64,000 nt of DNA, from positions 45,260,001 to 45,324,000 of the forward strand of contig CM075978.1 of NCBI GenBank assembly GCA_038087875.1, written 5' to 3'. This stretch comes from Malacoraja senta (taxonomy: Eukaryota). Below are positions 1-11,740 of this stretch, piece by piece. A program made the position numbers and the translations under genes. How positions within the stretch are numbered: the stretch's first letter is position 1; each line of letters opens with the position of its first letter. Under the pieces are notes generated by a model. The model had not been told where the DNA came from and did not search any database. It worked only from the letters and a program-made list of their open reading frames with translations.

Positions 1-164
1 TGTGATTTCAGCCAGTCCCTACAGATCTTCGGTATGAGTTCCTCCTGTGCTCTTTCAGCAGCCTCCAGCACTTCCCGTACACTGCACACAGCCTGCACTA
101 CATCAAGCTTCACCGCGACCAAATAGGCTGAGCGGTATTTATTACATAGCAAGAAAGCTTTGAT
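1..164 (-). CDS. ZFYVE26: spastizin last coding exon (~42), partial; stop codon lies outside the window
   Basis: ctgcag|IKAFLLCNKYRSAYLVAVKLD...KICRDWLKS. Confidence 0.94.
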   Translation of the reverse strand, partial: MKAFLLCNKYRSAYLVAVKLDVVQAVCSVREVLEAAERAQEELIPKICRDWLKS

Positions 165-279
165 CTGCAGATATAATCAAAATGTTAAGTTACAAGATAC
201 CCGTGGGAACATGCAGATCAGGGTCCTGCAGGTGGAATACGAATTTTAAAAATAACAAGATTTTGTACATCACTATATA

Positions 280-381
280 CAGTGGCGCAATTGGTAGAGC
301 TGCTGCCTCACAGCGACTCGGAATCGATCCTGAGCTTGGATACTGCCTGCGTGGAGTTTGCACCATCTCTCTGTGACTACA
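280..381 (+). mobile_element. V-SINE (HE1-like), 5' half, interrupted by a CR1 LINE
   Basis: tRNA-like head (ggtagagctgctgcctcacagc...atcgatcctg) and start of the V-domain (gtggagtttgca...gtgac). Confidence 0.85.
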
Positions 382-3377
382 AGACAAATTGGAAATACAA
401 GGGTGGAGTTCAAGGGAAAGAGAGTATAGGAAAAGTTAAGAAAGACACCAGAATTAACGGGGCAGAAAGCTGACGAAGGGATAGGAGAGTGGCCAAATGA
501 AATAGGAATCAATGTGAAAGGTGAGATGAGTAATGGATTAAAAGTATTATATGTGAATGCAAAGTATAAGAAGTAAAGTGGATGAGCTTGAGGCTCAGTT
601 AGAGATTGGTGGATATGACATTGTGGGGATTACAGAGACATGGCTGCAGGAGGATCAGGACTGGGAACTGAATATTCAGGGTTATTCATCATAGAAAGGA
701 CAGGCAGGTGGGCAGAGGAGGTGGCGTAGCTCTGTTGGTGAAGGATGAAATTCAGTCCCTTGCGAGGGGTGACATAGGGACTGATGATGTGGATAGAATT
801 GAGGAATTGTAAAGGTAAGAAGACACTAATGGGAGTTATCTCCAGGCTCCCATACAGTAGCCTTGATATAGGGTGCAAGTTGCAGCAGGGGTTCAAATTG
901 GTATGTAACGAAGGTAATGCCACCGCGGTTTTGGGAGATTTCAATATGCAGGTAGACTGGGAAAATCAGTTTGGTTCTGGACCCCAAGAAAGGGAGTTTG
1001 TAGTGTGTCTCCGAAATGGATTCTTAGAGCAGCTTGTACTGGAGCCTACCAGAGAGAAGGCAATTCTGGATTTAGTGTTGTCTAATGAATCAGATTTAAT
1101 AAGGGAACTCAAGGTAAAGGAACCGCTAGGAGGTAGTGACCATAATATAATAAATTTTAATCTGCAATTTGAGAGGGAGAAGGATAAATCAGAAGTGTCA
1201 GTGTTGCAGTTGAACAAAGGGGACTATGAAGGCATGAGAGATGAGCTAGCCAAGGTCGACTAGAAAATGATCCTGGCAGGAATGACGGTGGAACATCAAG
1301 GGCAGGAATGTTTGGGTACAATCCAGAAGTACCCGGATCATATTCCAAAGAGGAAGAAAGATTTTAAGGGGAGTAAGAGGTAACCGTGGCTGACAAAGGA
1401 AGTTAAGGATGGAATAAAACTAAAATAAAAGGTGTATAACATAGCAAAGAGTATCGGGAAGCCAGAGAATTGGGAAATTTTCAAAGGACAACAGAAGGTA
1501 ACATAAAGGGCAATACGGGGTGAGAAGATGAAGTACGAGGGCAAGCTGGCCAAGAATATAAAGGATAGTAAAAGCTTCTTTGGGTATGTTAAGTAAAAAG
1601 ATTTGTAAAGACAAATGTGGGTCCCTTGAAGGCAGAAACAGGTGAGATTATTATGGGGAACAAGGAAATGGCAGAAGAGTTGAATAGGTACTTTGGTTCT
1701 GTCTTCAATAAGGAAGACACAAACAATCTCCCAGATGTACTAGAGAACGGAAATAAATTTGCATTAGGCGAGAAATAGTATTGGGTAGACTGATGGGACT
1801 GAAGGCTGATAAATCCCCAGGGCCTGATGGTCTAGATCCCAGGGTACTCAAGGAGGTGGCTCTAGAAATCATGGACGCATTGGTGATCATTTTCCAATGT
1901 TCTATAGATTCAAGATCAGTTCTTGTGGATTGAAGGGTAGCTAATCTTATCCCACTTTTCAAGAAAGGAGCGAGAGAGAAAATGGGGAATTATAGACCAG
2001 TTAGCCTGACATCAGTGGTGGGGAAGATGCTGGAGTCAATTATTAAAGAAGTAATAACGGCGCATTTAGATAGCAGTAAAAGGATTGGTCCAAGTCAGCA
2101 TGGATTTATGAAGGGGAAATCCTGCTTGACTAATCTTCTGGAATTTTTTGAGGATGTGACAATTAAAATGGATGAAGGAGAGCCAGTGGATCTAGTGTAT
2201 ATGGACTTTCAGAAAGCCTTTGATAAGGTCCCACAGGAGATTCGCGGGCAAAATTAGAGCACATGGTATTGGGGGTAGGGTATTGACATGGATAGAAAAT
2301 TGGTTGGCAGACAGGAAACAGAGTAGGAATAAACGGGTCCCTGTTAGAATGGCAGGCAGTGGCGAGTGGAGTGCCGCAAGGCTCTGTGCTGGTGCTACAA
2401 CTATTTACAATATATATTAATGATTTAGATGATGGGATTAAAAGTAACACTAGCAAATTTGCAGATGAATCAAGGCTGAGTGGCAGTGTGAACTGCGAAG
2501 AGGATGCTAGGAGGTTACAGGATGACTTGGACAGGTTGAGTGAGTGGGCAGATGCAGTATAATGTAGATAAATGTGAGGTTATCCACGTTGGTGGCAAGA
2601 ACAAGGAGGCAGATTATTATCTCAATGGTGTCAAATTAGGAAAAAGAAAAGTGCAACGAGACCTGGGTGTCCTTGTACACCAGTCACTGAAAGTAAACAT
2701 GCAGGTACAGCAGGCAGTGAAGAAAGCTAATGGCATGTTGGCCTTCATAACGAGAGGATTTGAGTATAGGAGAGTAAAGAGGTCTTCTGCAGTTTTACAG
2801 GGCCCTGGTGAGACCACATATGGAGTATTGTGTGCAGTTTTGGTCTCCTAATTTGAGGAAGGACATCCTTGCTGTTGAGGCAGTGCAGCGTAGGTTCACG
2901 AGGTTAATCCCCGGAATGGCGGGACTGTCATATGAGGAAAGATTTTAAAGACTGGGCTTGTATTCACTAGAATTTAGAAGGATGAGAGGTTATCTTATAG
3001 AAACATATAAAATTATAAAAGGACTGGACAAGCTAGATGCAGGAAAAATGTTCCCAATGTTGGGAGAGTCCAGAACCAGGGCCACAATCTAAGAATAAAG
3101 GAGAGACCATTTAAAATGAGATTAGAAAACTCTTTTTCACCCAGATAGTTGTGAATTTGTGGAATTCTCTGCCACAGAAGGCAGTAGAGGCCAATTAACT
3201 GGATGAATTTAAAAGAGAGTTAGATAGAGCTCTAGGGGCTAGCAGAATCAAGGGATATGGGGAGAAGCGACACGGGTTACTAATTGTGGATGATCAGCCA
3301 TGATCACAATGAATGGCGGTGCTGGCTCGAAGGGCCAAATGGCCTCCTCCTGCACCTATTTTCTATGTTTCTATGTT
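382..3377 (+). mobile_element. CR1-clade LINE (HER1-like), 5'-truncated, degraded ORF2 (APE endonuclease + RT)
   Basis: ORF fragments GITETWL, GDFN...LDLVL...GSDHN (APE), NYRPVSLTS...QHGF...DFQKAFDKVP, SGVPQGSVL...KFAD (RT); many stops and frameshifts; (tatgtttc)n tail. Confidence 0.95.
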
Positions 3378-3584
3378 TACATGAGTTTCCTCCAAGTGCT
3401 CGGGTTTCCTACCACATCCCAAAGACGTGCTAGTTTGTAGGTTAACTGGCTTCTATAAATTGCCCCTAGTGTATAAGAAGTGGGAAAGTGAGATAACATA
3501 AAACTAGTGTGAATGGGTGATTGATGGTTGGGGTGGACTCGGTGGGCTGAAGAGCCTGTTTCCATGCTGTATTTCTAAACTAAA
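3378..3584 (+). mobile_element. V-SINE (HE1-like), 3' half
   Basis: gtttcctccaagtgctcgggtttcctaccacatcccaaagacgtg...cctgtttccatgctgtatttctaaactaaa. Confidence 0.85.
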
Positions 3585-3855
3585 AATGCCAAATAGGCCA
3601 AAGGATTAAGTGAAAGAATACCAGACCATTGGTCCTGGATTACTAAAAGGCATGAATGTCAATGGCTAAACAAATTATATGGACTGCTTACCAGGTCAAA
3701 AAGCCAGAGAGCGATGTGGAGAGCTGAGATATGCTGCTTTAGAGCAAGTAACATAGAAAAGGAGTAATTTAAAGACAAAATGCAACATTTAATTTTGAAA
3801 TGCTTAAAACATTGATCATCCATCTGGTTAAGTGGAGAAAATTGCCTCGTTTCAC

Positions 3856-3902
3856 GTTAGACAAAGTTAGACAAAGTTAGACAATGTTAGACAATGTTAG
3901 AC
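3856..3902. repeat. 10-bp tandem repeat (GTTAGACAAW)x~4.7
   Basis: Directly visible. Confidence 0.9.
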
Positions 3903-4082
3903 TGGTGATCGTGAGGGTAAAATAAATAAATGCTGGTTGTTACCATTCATGTGAGCATTGACTCCATGCCAGTGAATGAACTGAATAGGATCAAGGATTG
4001 ATTTTCAGACTCTTATTAAAAAAATGCAGGGTTGACAGAGAGGACAATGCACAAAGTTGTAGTAAAGGAGGTTGTAATTGAT

Positions 4083-4200
4083 GAGAAACAAGGAACTGCA
4101 AATGCTGGTTTACGTAAAAGACACAAAATGTTGAAGTAACTCAGTGGGTCAGGCAGCATTTCTGGAGAACATGGATAGGTGACTTTTCAGTTTGGGACCT
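4083..4200 (-). mobile_element. Penelope-derived terminal fragment (degenerate)
   Basis: aaggaactgcaaatgctgg...gacacaaaatg...aactcagtgggtcaggcagcat shared with many other copies in the window. Confidence 0.7.
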
Positions 4201-4276
4201 TGATTAGAACTGTTGCAGTGCTGTCACAAGGACAGATGTCAATACACACTCAGTTGTATGCAGTAAGGTAGATGTG

Positions 4277-4401
4277 GGGGTGGGAGATTGCAACCTTCAC
4301 GTGGTCCGCCCTGTTTCGACGAATGCAATCAACCTGGCGTGCACAATCAAATAGAACAAGTTGTCCTACAACTTTAGGCTGTGCACGCAATACGCAAGAA
4401 A
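4277..4401 (+). mobile_element. short retroposed insert with 9-bp TSD (possibly RTE-type 3' end)
   Basis: GTAGATGTG at 4268-4276 and 4402-4410; ends in gcaagaaa. Confidence 0.6.
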
Positions 4402-4544
4402 GTAGATGTGCATGGATGGGAAGGGTGGGTGGGAAGACGTAGTGAATCTTGGTAAAGGAACAAAATATATTACATCATACCCAGATGTTGCTTCCTTGTA
4501 AATTTTGGAGCATTTTATGTACAGTTCAAATTTTGATGCATTGC

Positions 4545-4884
4545 AGGTGGCAGAGGCCAGAACTCTGAAAAAACTGGGTTCTATAATGACCAACCCCACT
4601 CACCCACTCCATGCCCTGAAGGTGATCAAGAGCAGCAGCTTCAGTCAGAGACTGATTGCACCAATGTGCAAAACGGAGAGACATAGGAAGTCCTGTTTAC
4701 CAGCTGCGATAAGGTTATATAATGCGCATAAATAACTGCACTTTTTTTTAAATTAATTGTATTTTAACTTGTATTTTAACTTGTTACGTATGGAAGCTAT
4801 TTGTGGTGTTATGTCTATCTTGAAGCTGTCGTGGCATTGTAATTTCCTGCAAAGGATTATTAAAGGTATAATCTAATCTAATCT
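4545..4884 (+). mobile_element. Rex1/Babar-like (or L2-like) LINE 3' fragment
   Basis: ORF end ...IMTNPTHPLH...RLIAPMCKTERHRKSCLPAAIRLYN, then 3' UTR with (aatct)n tail. Confidence 0.75.
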
Positions 4885-5150
4885 TACATTGCCATCTGCT
4901 GTCCATGACTTGCCTATATTACAGTTCTTCTTAATCTAAAGACTGTTAAGAGTTTTTGAATACCGCTAATGTGACTGGAGCAATAGTTTGCTACTGTAGT
5001 AGCAGGTATTTTGCAGGTACAGTAGCTTGCAGGTATTCATCTTGCAATCTTCAAATCTATACAATCTGCTGAATCAGGAATTAATCACTTCAAACCCAGT
5101 GTAATTCCCAAATATGAAAAGGTTATCTCAACATTTCCAAAATTGCCTAC

Positions 5151-5201
5151 CTTATTATCATCTTTCTTCATTTCAAGAATCAGTTTCTCTAGCTCTTTTG
5201 A
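5151..5201 (-). CDS. ZFYVE26: spastizin exon (~41)
   Basis: ttttttttcag|SKELEKLILEMKKDDNK|gtaggc. Confidence 0.92.
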
Positions 5202-5424
5202 CTGAAAAAAAAGGATGAATGTCTTAATCAATTCACGGTAATATTACAGCAGATATTTAAATGTTTAAATTTAGCTGTACTGAGACCCCCACATCTAATA
5301 TGTGTTTAGTACAGCTGGATGGGTTAGAGTTGCATTTAAATATTGTCCTCCTAGGTGGAAGCAGGAGATATAACAGCTTTCAAGACCAACTGAGCATTGG
5401 TAATTACATTTACATTGTTCTCAC

Positions 5425-5607
5425 CTGTGAAAGCTGCTCATCAGCACCTTCAATAAATCGGATGAGGAGGTTATCAGTGTCGTCGCCACTAGCAACTCCT
5501 GATTCACTCACACATTTCAGCAACTGTCTGATTTGGCAGACCTTGTGCTGCTGCAGAAGATGTTTTGCAGCTTTATCATAGACAGCAGCTGCATCCAACT
5601 GAAAGTC
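5425..5607 (-). CDS. ZFYVE26: spastizin exon (~40)
   Basis: DFQLDAAAVYDKAAKHL...IRQLLKCVSESG...EQLSQ; 183 nt. Confidence 0.96.
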
Positions 5608-6551
5608 CTGAAGATAAAAATAAATAGGCATTAAGGAATACAAACAGGACCAAAATATGTGACATTTTGTGTTGTCCGGTTGGAATAAAAGTTGACAACT
5701 GGAACTGTATCTGCAGCAGAAGATTTGCAGGAGATATTGAAGAACTTTCAATGGTAGTACATGAAATTATGAAATAGCTGACAAGGAGACATCAATTTGA
5801 AAATGTCAGCGCAAGAGCAAGGAGTAAGACTGCTATAAATTCCTTTACACATAGTGTGGAACGTGATCTGCCTGATTTCTGTGGGGATGTTACATGGAAA
5901 CAGTTTATTTTCCCATACAATTTTTTTCCCTGCTGGTCAGTTTCTAGAGTAACTTTTAAATGCCTCTAATTCCTGATTGAAAATAGCATTTTAACCAACT
6001 CAGTCCGTGTAATGCGAATAGTGTTTCCATCAAATCGCAATTATTCATCAATCACAATATGTTCAATTAGCATTATGGAATCACACGTTACAGCACAATC
6101 CTTGTAATACATAATTCCATAAAAACTGTGCATCCCACATCTTTATAGTCCAATCATTTTCATATCCTTAGCTTTTCCATGGTTTCCTGAAAATCCATGT
6201 AAATTATATTAGCAGTATTTTATTTATCTAATGTCTCTTATTTCATAAGATTATTGACCTGTCATTTGGGAATATTTCTGGACTGCCCCCAATTTAACTT
6301 TCCCTTTAGCACTAAAGAATTTCCTCCTGTATTGAAGGTTTTAACAATTATCCCCATCTTAGTTATCAGTATCTGGATGAGGATTATTACACCTTGCATC
6401 TTTTTCTACTGTAAAGAACACAAAGTGCTGGAGTAACTCACCGGGTCTGTGTCCTTTTGTATCCTTTTTACTTTTTTTTTAAACTTAAGAGTTTACAGTG
6501 TTTTCTCCCCAGCTTCCCTCAGAATCTGCTCATGTACACGTTGTGCATTAA

Positions 6552-7016
6552 AGGCCTGTCACACGAGTCTGCGGTCATTGGCGGCGAAACAGGAAGAATC
6601 TACCGCTCCTGGGCCGCCACAGACCGCGCACTCGGTCAAACGCACAATTCCGTGGCCGTGCGGCGTTGTTCCCAACACCACACGGTGCTAAAAAAAAAAC
6701 AACACTGTCCAAAACAATGTTCTTACCGCACAGCCGCCACCAGCATGGCACGAGTGCAGCACGGCCGCCGCCACAGCCGCCACCAGTGCGGCACGAGCGC
6801 CGCGAGTCCAAATTTCACCGCCACAGCCTCCGCCAGTGAGGTACGTGTGCGCCACAGCCCCACGATCCGAAAGCCGAAACAGCAAGCTCGTGGAACCGGC
6901 CGTACTTGGCCCCCTGCGCAGCATCCGTGCGGCGCTCTCGTGGTTGCCGTGTGGTCCCCTCTTCCGGCGACGCCGCGCTTCACCGCCAACGACCGCAAAC
7001 ACGTGGGACAGAGCCT
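6552..7016. mobile_element. PIF/Harbinger-type MITE
   Basis: Imperfect TIRs aggc(t)ctgtc(a/c)cacg...gcggtc; TWA flanks; CpG-rich interior. Confidence 0.8.
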
Positions 7017-7199
7017 TTATTGATTAGGCCTCTTCATTTTTTTTTGTATCTTCCATTGAATAATATTCCTTACTGAACGTACTTTTTGGGAGTTATACAA
7101 TCGCAGTAGCCATCATCTCTGAACAACAGGTACCAACTTGATTTATCTTGCATTTCATCCAGTTGAGAGTTTCTTATTATTGTCTCTTATCTGGAGGAG

Positions 7200-7375
7200 A
7201 TAGTTGACGCAGGTACCATTGCAAAGTTTAAAAACATTTAAACAGGAACATGGATAGGACAGGTTTCAAGGGATAGGGGCCAAATGCAGGCAGGTGGGAC
7301 TAGTGTAGATGGGACAGGTTGGCCGGTGTGGGCAAGTTGGGCCGAAGGTCCAGTTTCCACACTAAGACTTTGTGA
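7200..7375 (+). mobile_element. CR1 3' fragment
   Basis: catttaaacagg...atggataggacagg...gggccgaagg...gtttccacact. Confidence 0.7.
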
Positions 7376-8765
7376 CTATCAGTTCTAACTAGACTGTCCT
7401 TTCCCTACACATGTGCTTTTTACCCTATTTTTTGTATTGTTAATTTTCTGTTATATTTCCTTGTTTTTAATGCCATTCTTATTTGAGAATTTAATGTTTG
7501 TTTCCTTTCAATGAAGTTTATTTTTCTATTTTCAAGTTTGTTTGTATCTCCTGGTTCAACCACCAAACCAAAGATGTCTTCCTGCCTTTTCATGCGTCAG
7601 TAAATTTAAGAAGGTTCCTTTTCGATCTATTTACCCGGAACCCAATCCCATACTAGATTACAAAAATGTACACATTTTTCAGGGGACATTAGCAGACATC
7701 TGGTCAACCAATCTGCATCAGTGTTCAAACCTCTCCTCTTGCCTCCCTCCCATCTTCCCTCTAATTTCGTATGTCGATCAACTTCCTTTTAACTGCATCA
7801 ACACTACAACCACTCCCTGTGGTAGGAGTTCCACATTTTCACTGCTCTTTTGAAATAAGTTGCTGGAATAAAATGTTTTGATGATAATTAACTGCTGACC
7901 CTTCATACTGCTGTCCTCTATTTATGCTCTTCCCTGCAAGTGGAACGTTCACTCTGCATCTACTCTATCAGAAGCTTTTACATTTAAAAACCTGTTACAG
8001 GTCTCAGCCTTTTCTTGTACAAAAATGACTCGGTGTTCAACTTTTCCCAGTATGGATGCCCTCACAATTCCAGTATTATCTTCATAGGTGCTTTTTGTAC
8101 CCTCTCTACTAATTCCACACCTTTTGTTATAATGTGACAGATATAAATGTATGCAGTGCTTCAAGTCTTGTGTAGGCAAAGTTCAATTTTATCCTTCTGG
8201 AAATAGGTCTAATGTTTGGTTTGCTTTTTTCTGGACTGTTAATCTGTGGTACAATTTGCAGTGTATTTATAATCCACGGTTTAATTTCCTTCTACACCAC
8301 GTAGAAGTTATAAGTTATAAGCAATCCTATTCTTACTTTGCATTTATTTTATTCAGTTGTGTTGAACTTCATTCGCCAATTGTTTGCTTTGTTCTAAAAA
8401 ATGTTTCCATATGTTTTTGTAATTTGACGATCTGCAACCAGAGTGAACCACTTTCCCTCCTCCCCCACCCCCCACCCTCCCTAAAGTTTGGATTGGTGAG
8501 GTCCTTGCCTTCCAGTAGGACCCTATTGCTTTAATAATAGAATGATTATGTGCAGATTTAGACATTTGAGGTCATGGTAACAAAAACTCCATCCTGCTCT
8601 CATGCATAATTGCATTTTAGCACAGACAACATAAAGGGGTTCAAAACCAGAATTTTAACTTGGTTTCTCCTTCTTGCAGTCCAGGTATGGAATCAATTAC
8701 TGACATTGATACACAGTGGTAATCATTGTGGGGGATGATTTTTGTGTGTTGTGTCAATGTTAGTC

Positions 8766-9018
8766 TGTGTTCAAGATGGCGGTCGGAGGGGAGAGTGGAC
8801 GCTGGCGCGGTTTAGCTGCCGCTGCTCTCTCCTCAAATTGTGTTTCTGATTTTCTTTTTTTGTGTCTTTGGAAAGAATTCTGTCCTTAATTTGTGTATTG
8901 ATCTTTATAATTTATTTTATTCTGATTATATGTTTCCTATTTGTCAATCTCTGTAAGGTGTCCTTGAGACCTCGGTATAAGGCGCCCGTAAATAAAAGCT
9001 ATTATTATTATTATTATT
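8766..9018 (+). mobile_element. short retroposon with L2-like 3' tail
   Basis: GC-rich head caagatggcgg...; tail tgtaaggtgtccttgag...ggcgcccgtaaataaaagc(tat)n. Confidence 0.6.
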
Positions 9019-9137
9019 GTAGTATCAGCACTATTGATCGCAAGACACAGAAGAGAATCATACCTAGAACAAACAGAGTTATACAGATCAGGCGAGCAGA
9101 GGAACTATAAACTTATGAAAAATAACTTTTACATTAC

Positions 9138-9197
9138 CTGAATTACTCTGAAAGAAATTCCAAAGCCTTCTTCGATATTTTTACCTCCAAGCAGAAC
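9138..9197 (-). CDS. ZFYVE26: spastizin exon (~39)
   Basis: VLLGGKNIEEGFGISFRVIQ; 60 nt. Confidence 0.96.
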
Positions 9198-9318
9198 CTG
9201 GAACAAGGGCAGCAATGACATTATTGGCAACTTCATACAAAAATAGTTTCTTGTTTAGTGGTGTCTTCTTGAATGTTTCTGTGAATAACAGTGAAAGTCA
9301 CACTGTAGGACAACACAC

Positions 9319-9457
9319 CTTGCATGCAACCTCCATCTTCATTTTGTTATTTCCAAAGAGATTGGCAAGAGGTCCACTGATCCTTGAACTACCTGAGATC
9401 TCACATCGATGCAAGAACTTGGTAACTTCAATCTGCAGCTCAATTGTGTTAATGTAC
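9319..9457 (-). CDS. ZFYVE26: spastizin exon (~38)
   Basis: YINTIELQIEVTKFLHRCE...LFGNNKMKMEVACK. Confidence 0.96.
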
Positions 9458-9907
9458 CTGGTAATAAATACACAAAAAAGATTTTGCACATGATCAGCTG
9501 AATGACAAGCAAGAGATAGCTTTGGAGTTATTATTGGTTTGCCTCTGTTAATGTTACTTGGACATGGTGCTCGGATTCAAACTTCAATAATCTATCTTAT
9601 AGTGCAATCAAAAAGAGGAAATTATTGACTTTTACGATGGCACAAAAGAAAGATGGAATTACTGTACTTTACAAAGACCCTTTTAAAAATATGCAACAAA
9701 ATATTGAGAAAGTAGGCAAGCAGGCGCATGTTAGATATGAGGCTTGCTGTTTGTCCTGAACAGCTATCTTTAGTGTGATGCAGGCAGTCCCATCCAAATA
9801 GATGGGAATTATAAAATATTGACATAATAATTATGTAATTTAAAGCTTTGCCCCTTTTCCCCCTAACTTTTACATCTGGTAGGGTATTATCTGCAAATAT
9901 TTATCAA

Positions 9908-10550
9908 GGAATGTTAGCCTTCATAACAAGAGGATTTCAGTATAGGAGTAAAGAGGTTCTTCTGCAGTTGTATAGGGCTCTGGTGAGACCACATCTGGAG
10001 TATTGTGTACAGTTTTGGTCTCCTAATTTGAGGAAGGACATCCTTGTGATTGAGGCAGTGCAGCGTAGGTTCACGAAATTGATCCCTGGGATGGCGGGAC
10101 TGTCATATGAGGAAAGATTGTAAAGACTAGGCTTGTATTCACTGGAGTTTAGAAGGATGAGGGGGATCTTATAAAAACATATAAAATTATAAAAGGACTG
10201 GACAAGCTAGATGCAGGAAAATTGTTCCCAATGTTGGGCGAGTCCAGAACCACAGGCCACAGTCTTAGAATAAAGGGGAGGTCATTTAAGACTGAGGTGA
10301 GAAAAAACCTTTTCACCCAGAGAGTTGTGAATTTATGGAATTCCCTGCCACAGAGGGCAGTGGAGGCCAAATCACTGGATGGATTTAAGAGAGAGTTAGA
10401 TAGAGCTCTAGGGGCTAGTGGAGTCAAGGGATATGGGGAGAAGGCAGGCGCGGGTTATTGATAGGGGACGATCAGCCATGATCACAATGAATGGCGGTGC
10501 TGGCTTGAAGGGCCGAATGGCCTCCTCCTGCACCTATTTTCTATGTTTCT
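9908..10550 (+). mobile_element. CR1 LINE 3' fragment (same family as 382-3377)
   Basis: LYRALVRPHLEYCVQFWSP...QRRFTKLIPG...FTQRVVNLWNSLP; near-identical 3' UTR. Confidence 0.93.
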
Positions 10551-11050
10551 AAGTTGGGAAAGTCAGAACCTCTTTCTTCCCCATCAACCCTCCCAATAAA
10601 ATTAACGATGCACATGACAATTCCACTGCCAGAGTTTATAAACTGTACAGAAAAATATGACGATCTAATTCATGTCTATCCTCTACCACCTTATTAAACT
10701 ATCAAGAGAATTAAGAAAATACATGAATTAGTTACAGCAATGTTTACCTCTTCCTAGCTAAAACCAGCTACAATTTAGCATATTTAAACTGTAGCAATGA
10801 GTGTTTTGAAAAATTTCAAGCGTGATGGAAATTATTAATGTAACATTTATAATATGGACAATTCACTTTTAATGCTCTCTTGCGAGGGGCAAATTTCTAT
10901 TCCATTGGTGAGGACCCACAGTCGAAACCCGAGCCTAATTTTGAACTTGGGTTAACCAATATCCAAGTTGTTTCCCTTTATGTATACCTTGAAAATATTT
11001 GCAATCTTTTTACTAATAAATTATTAGTCCAAGAGATCTTAGCTAATTAC

Positions 11051-11256
11051 CTCGAGACATCTGCTGCAGACATTTTCTTGCGAAAAGAGCTGGTAACTTT
11101 TTTTCTGGATGAACTGCGGTTGGAAACTTCTTGCAAATACGTTTTCAGGTGACCTTTGGCATCTACCAGGTAGTTTTGTTTAGCTTCCAATGCACTATAT
11201 GATTCTGCTTTGTGACTGAAAAACCTGATGCACGTCATGGCTGCTCTCATATGGTC
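11051..11256 (-). CDS. ZFYVE26: spastizin exon (~37)
   Basis: DHMRAAMTCIRFFSHKAESY...FRKKMSAADVS. Confidence 0.96.
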
Positions 11257-11347
11257 CTGAATTGAAGACATCGCCAAATATTGATTTACATGATTGTAAA
11301 TACTTTTCTAATGGACTTCAGACGAATCAAATTTGCGATTACCTTAC

Positions 11348-11545
11348 CTTCATAAAGCGCTGCAGATCGTAGAGAATGTTGAAGAAACCTTGTATCTGCA
11401 GATGTTTGCAGGATGCAATAAGATGGCGACTCCATTTCTCCAGACTTGGATCCAGTTCCTCCATCAAATTTTCTAAAGCATGTAGTTTTCCAGTTTCATA
11501 ACTTGGGATAAAAATCCCTCGGATGAATACTTCTTCTGGACAATC
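11348..11545 (-). CDS. ZFYVE26: spastizin exon (~36)
   Basis: DCPEEVFIRGIFIPSYETGKLHALENLMEELDPSLEKW...LQRFMK; 198 nt. Confidence 0.96.
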
Positions 11546-11740
11546 CTAAAAGTTGGAAAGCATACATTGCTCAAAATGCAAATCAGCGCATTGATCGAAA
11601 TCTAAGTTTAAAGATAGTTGCATCTGTAAAATCCTGAAAAAGAGGGCCTTTAAACAATTGAAAATGTAAACATAGTCCTGAAACAATTACCTACCAATCT
11701 TTTTTAGATTTAAGGATTTATAGGAAAGATGACAACAAAA

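Noticed and set aside
784-2851. Endonuclease/RT ORFs as a functional gene
   Set aside because: Fragments of a dead CR1 ORF2 with multiple stops, frameshifts and an altered catalytic motif.
3856-3902. Regular repeats suggesting a CRISPR-like array
   Set aside because: Head-to-tail 10-mer with no spacers, in eukaryotic DNA.
6457-7023. 188-aa GC-rich ORF and overlapping ORFs
   Set aside because: Lie almost entirely within a TIR-bounded MITE; stop-poor because of GC content; no protein motif recognised.
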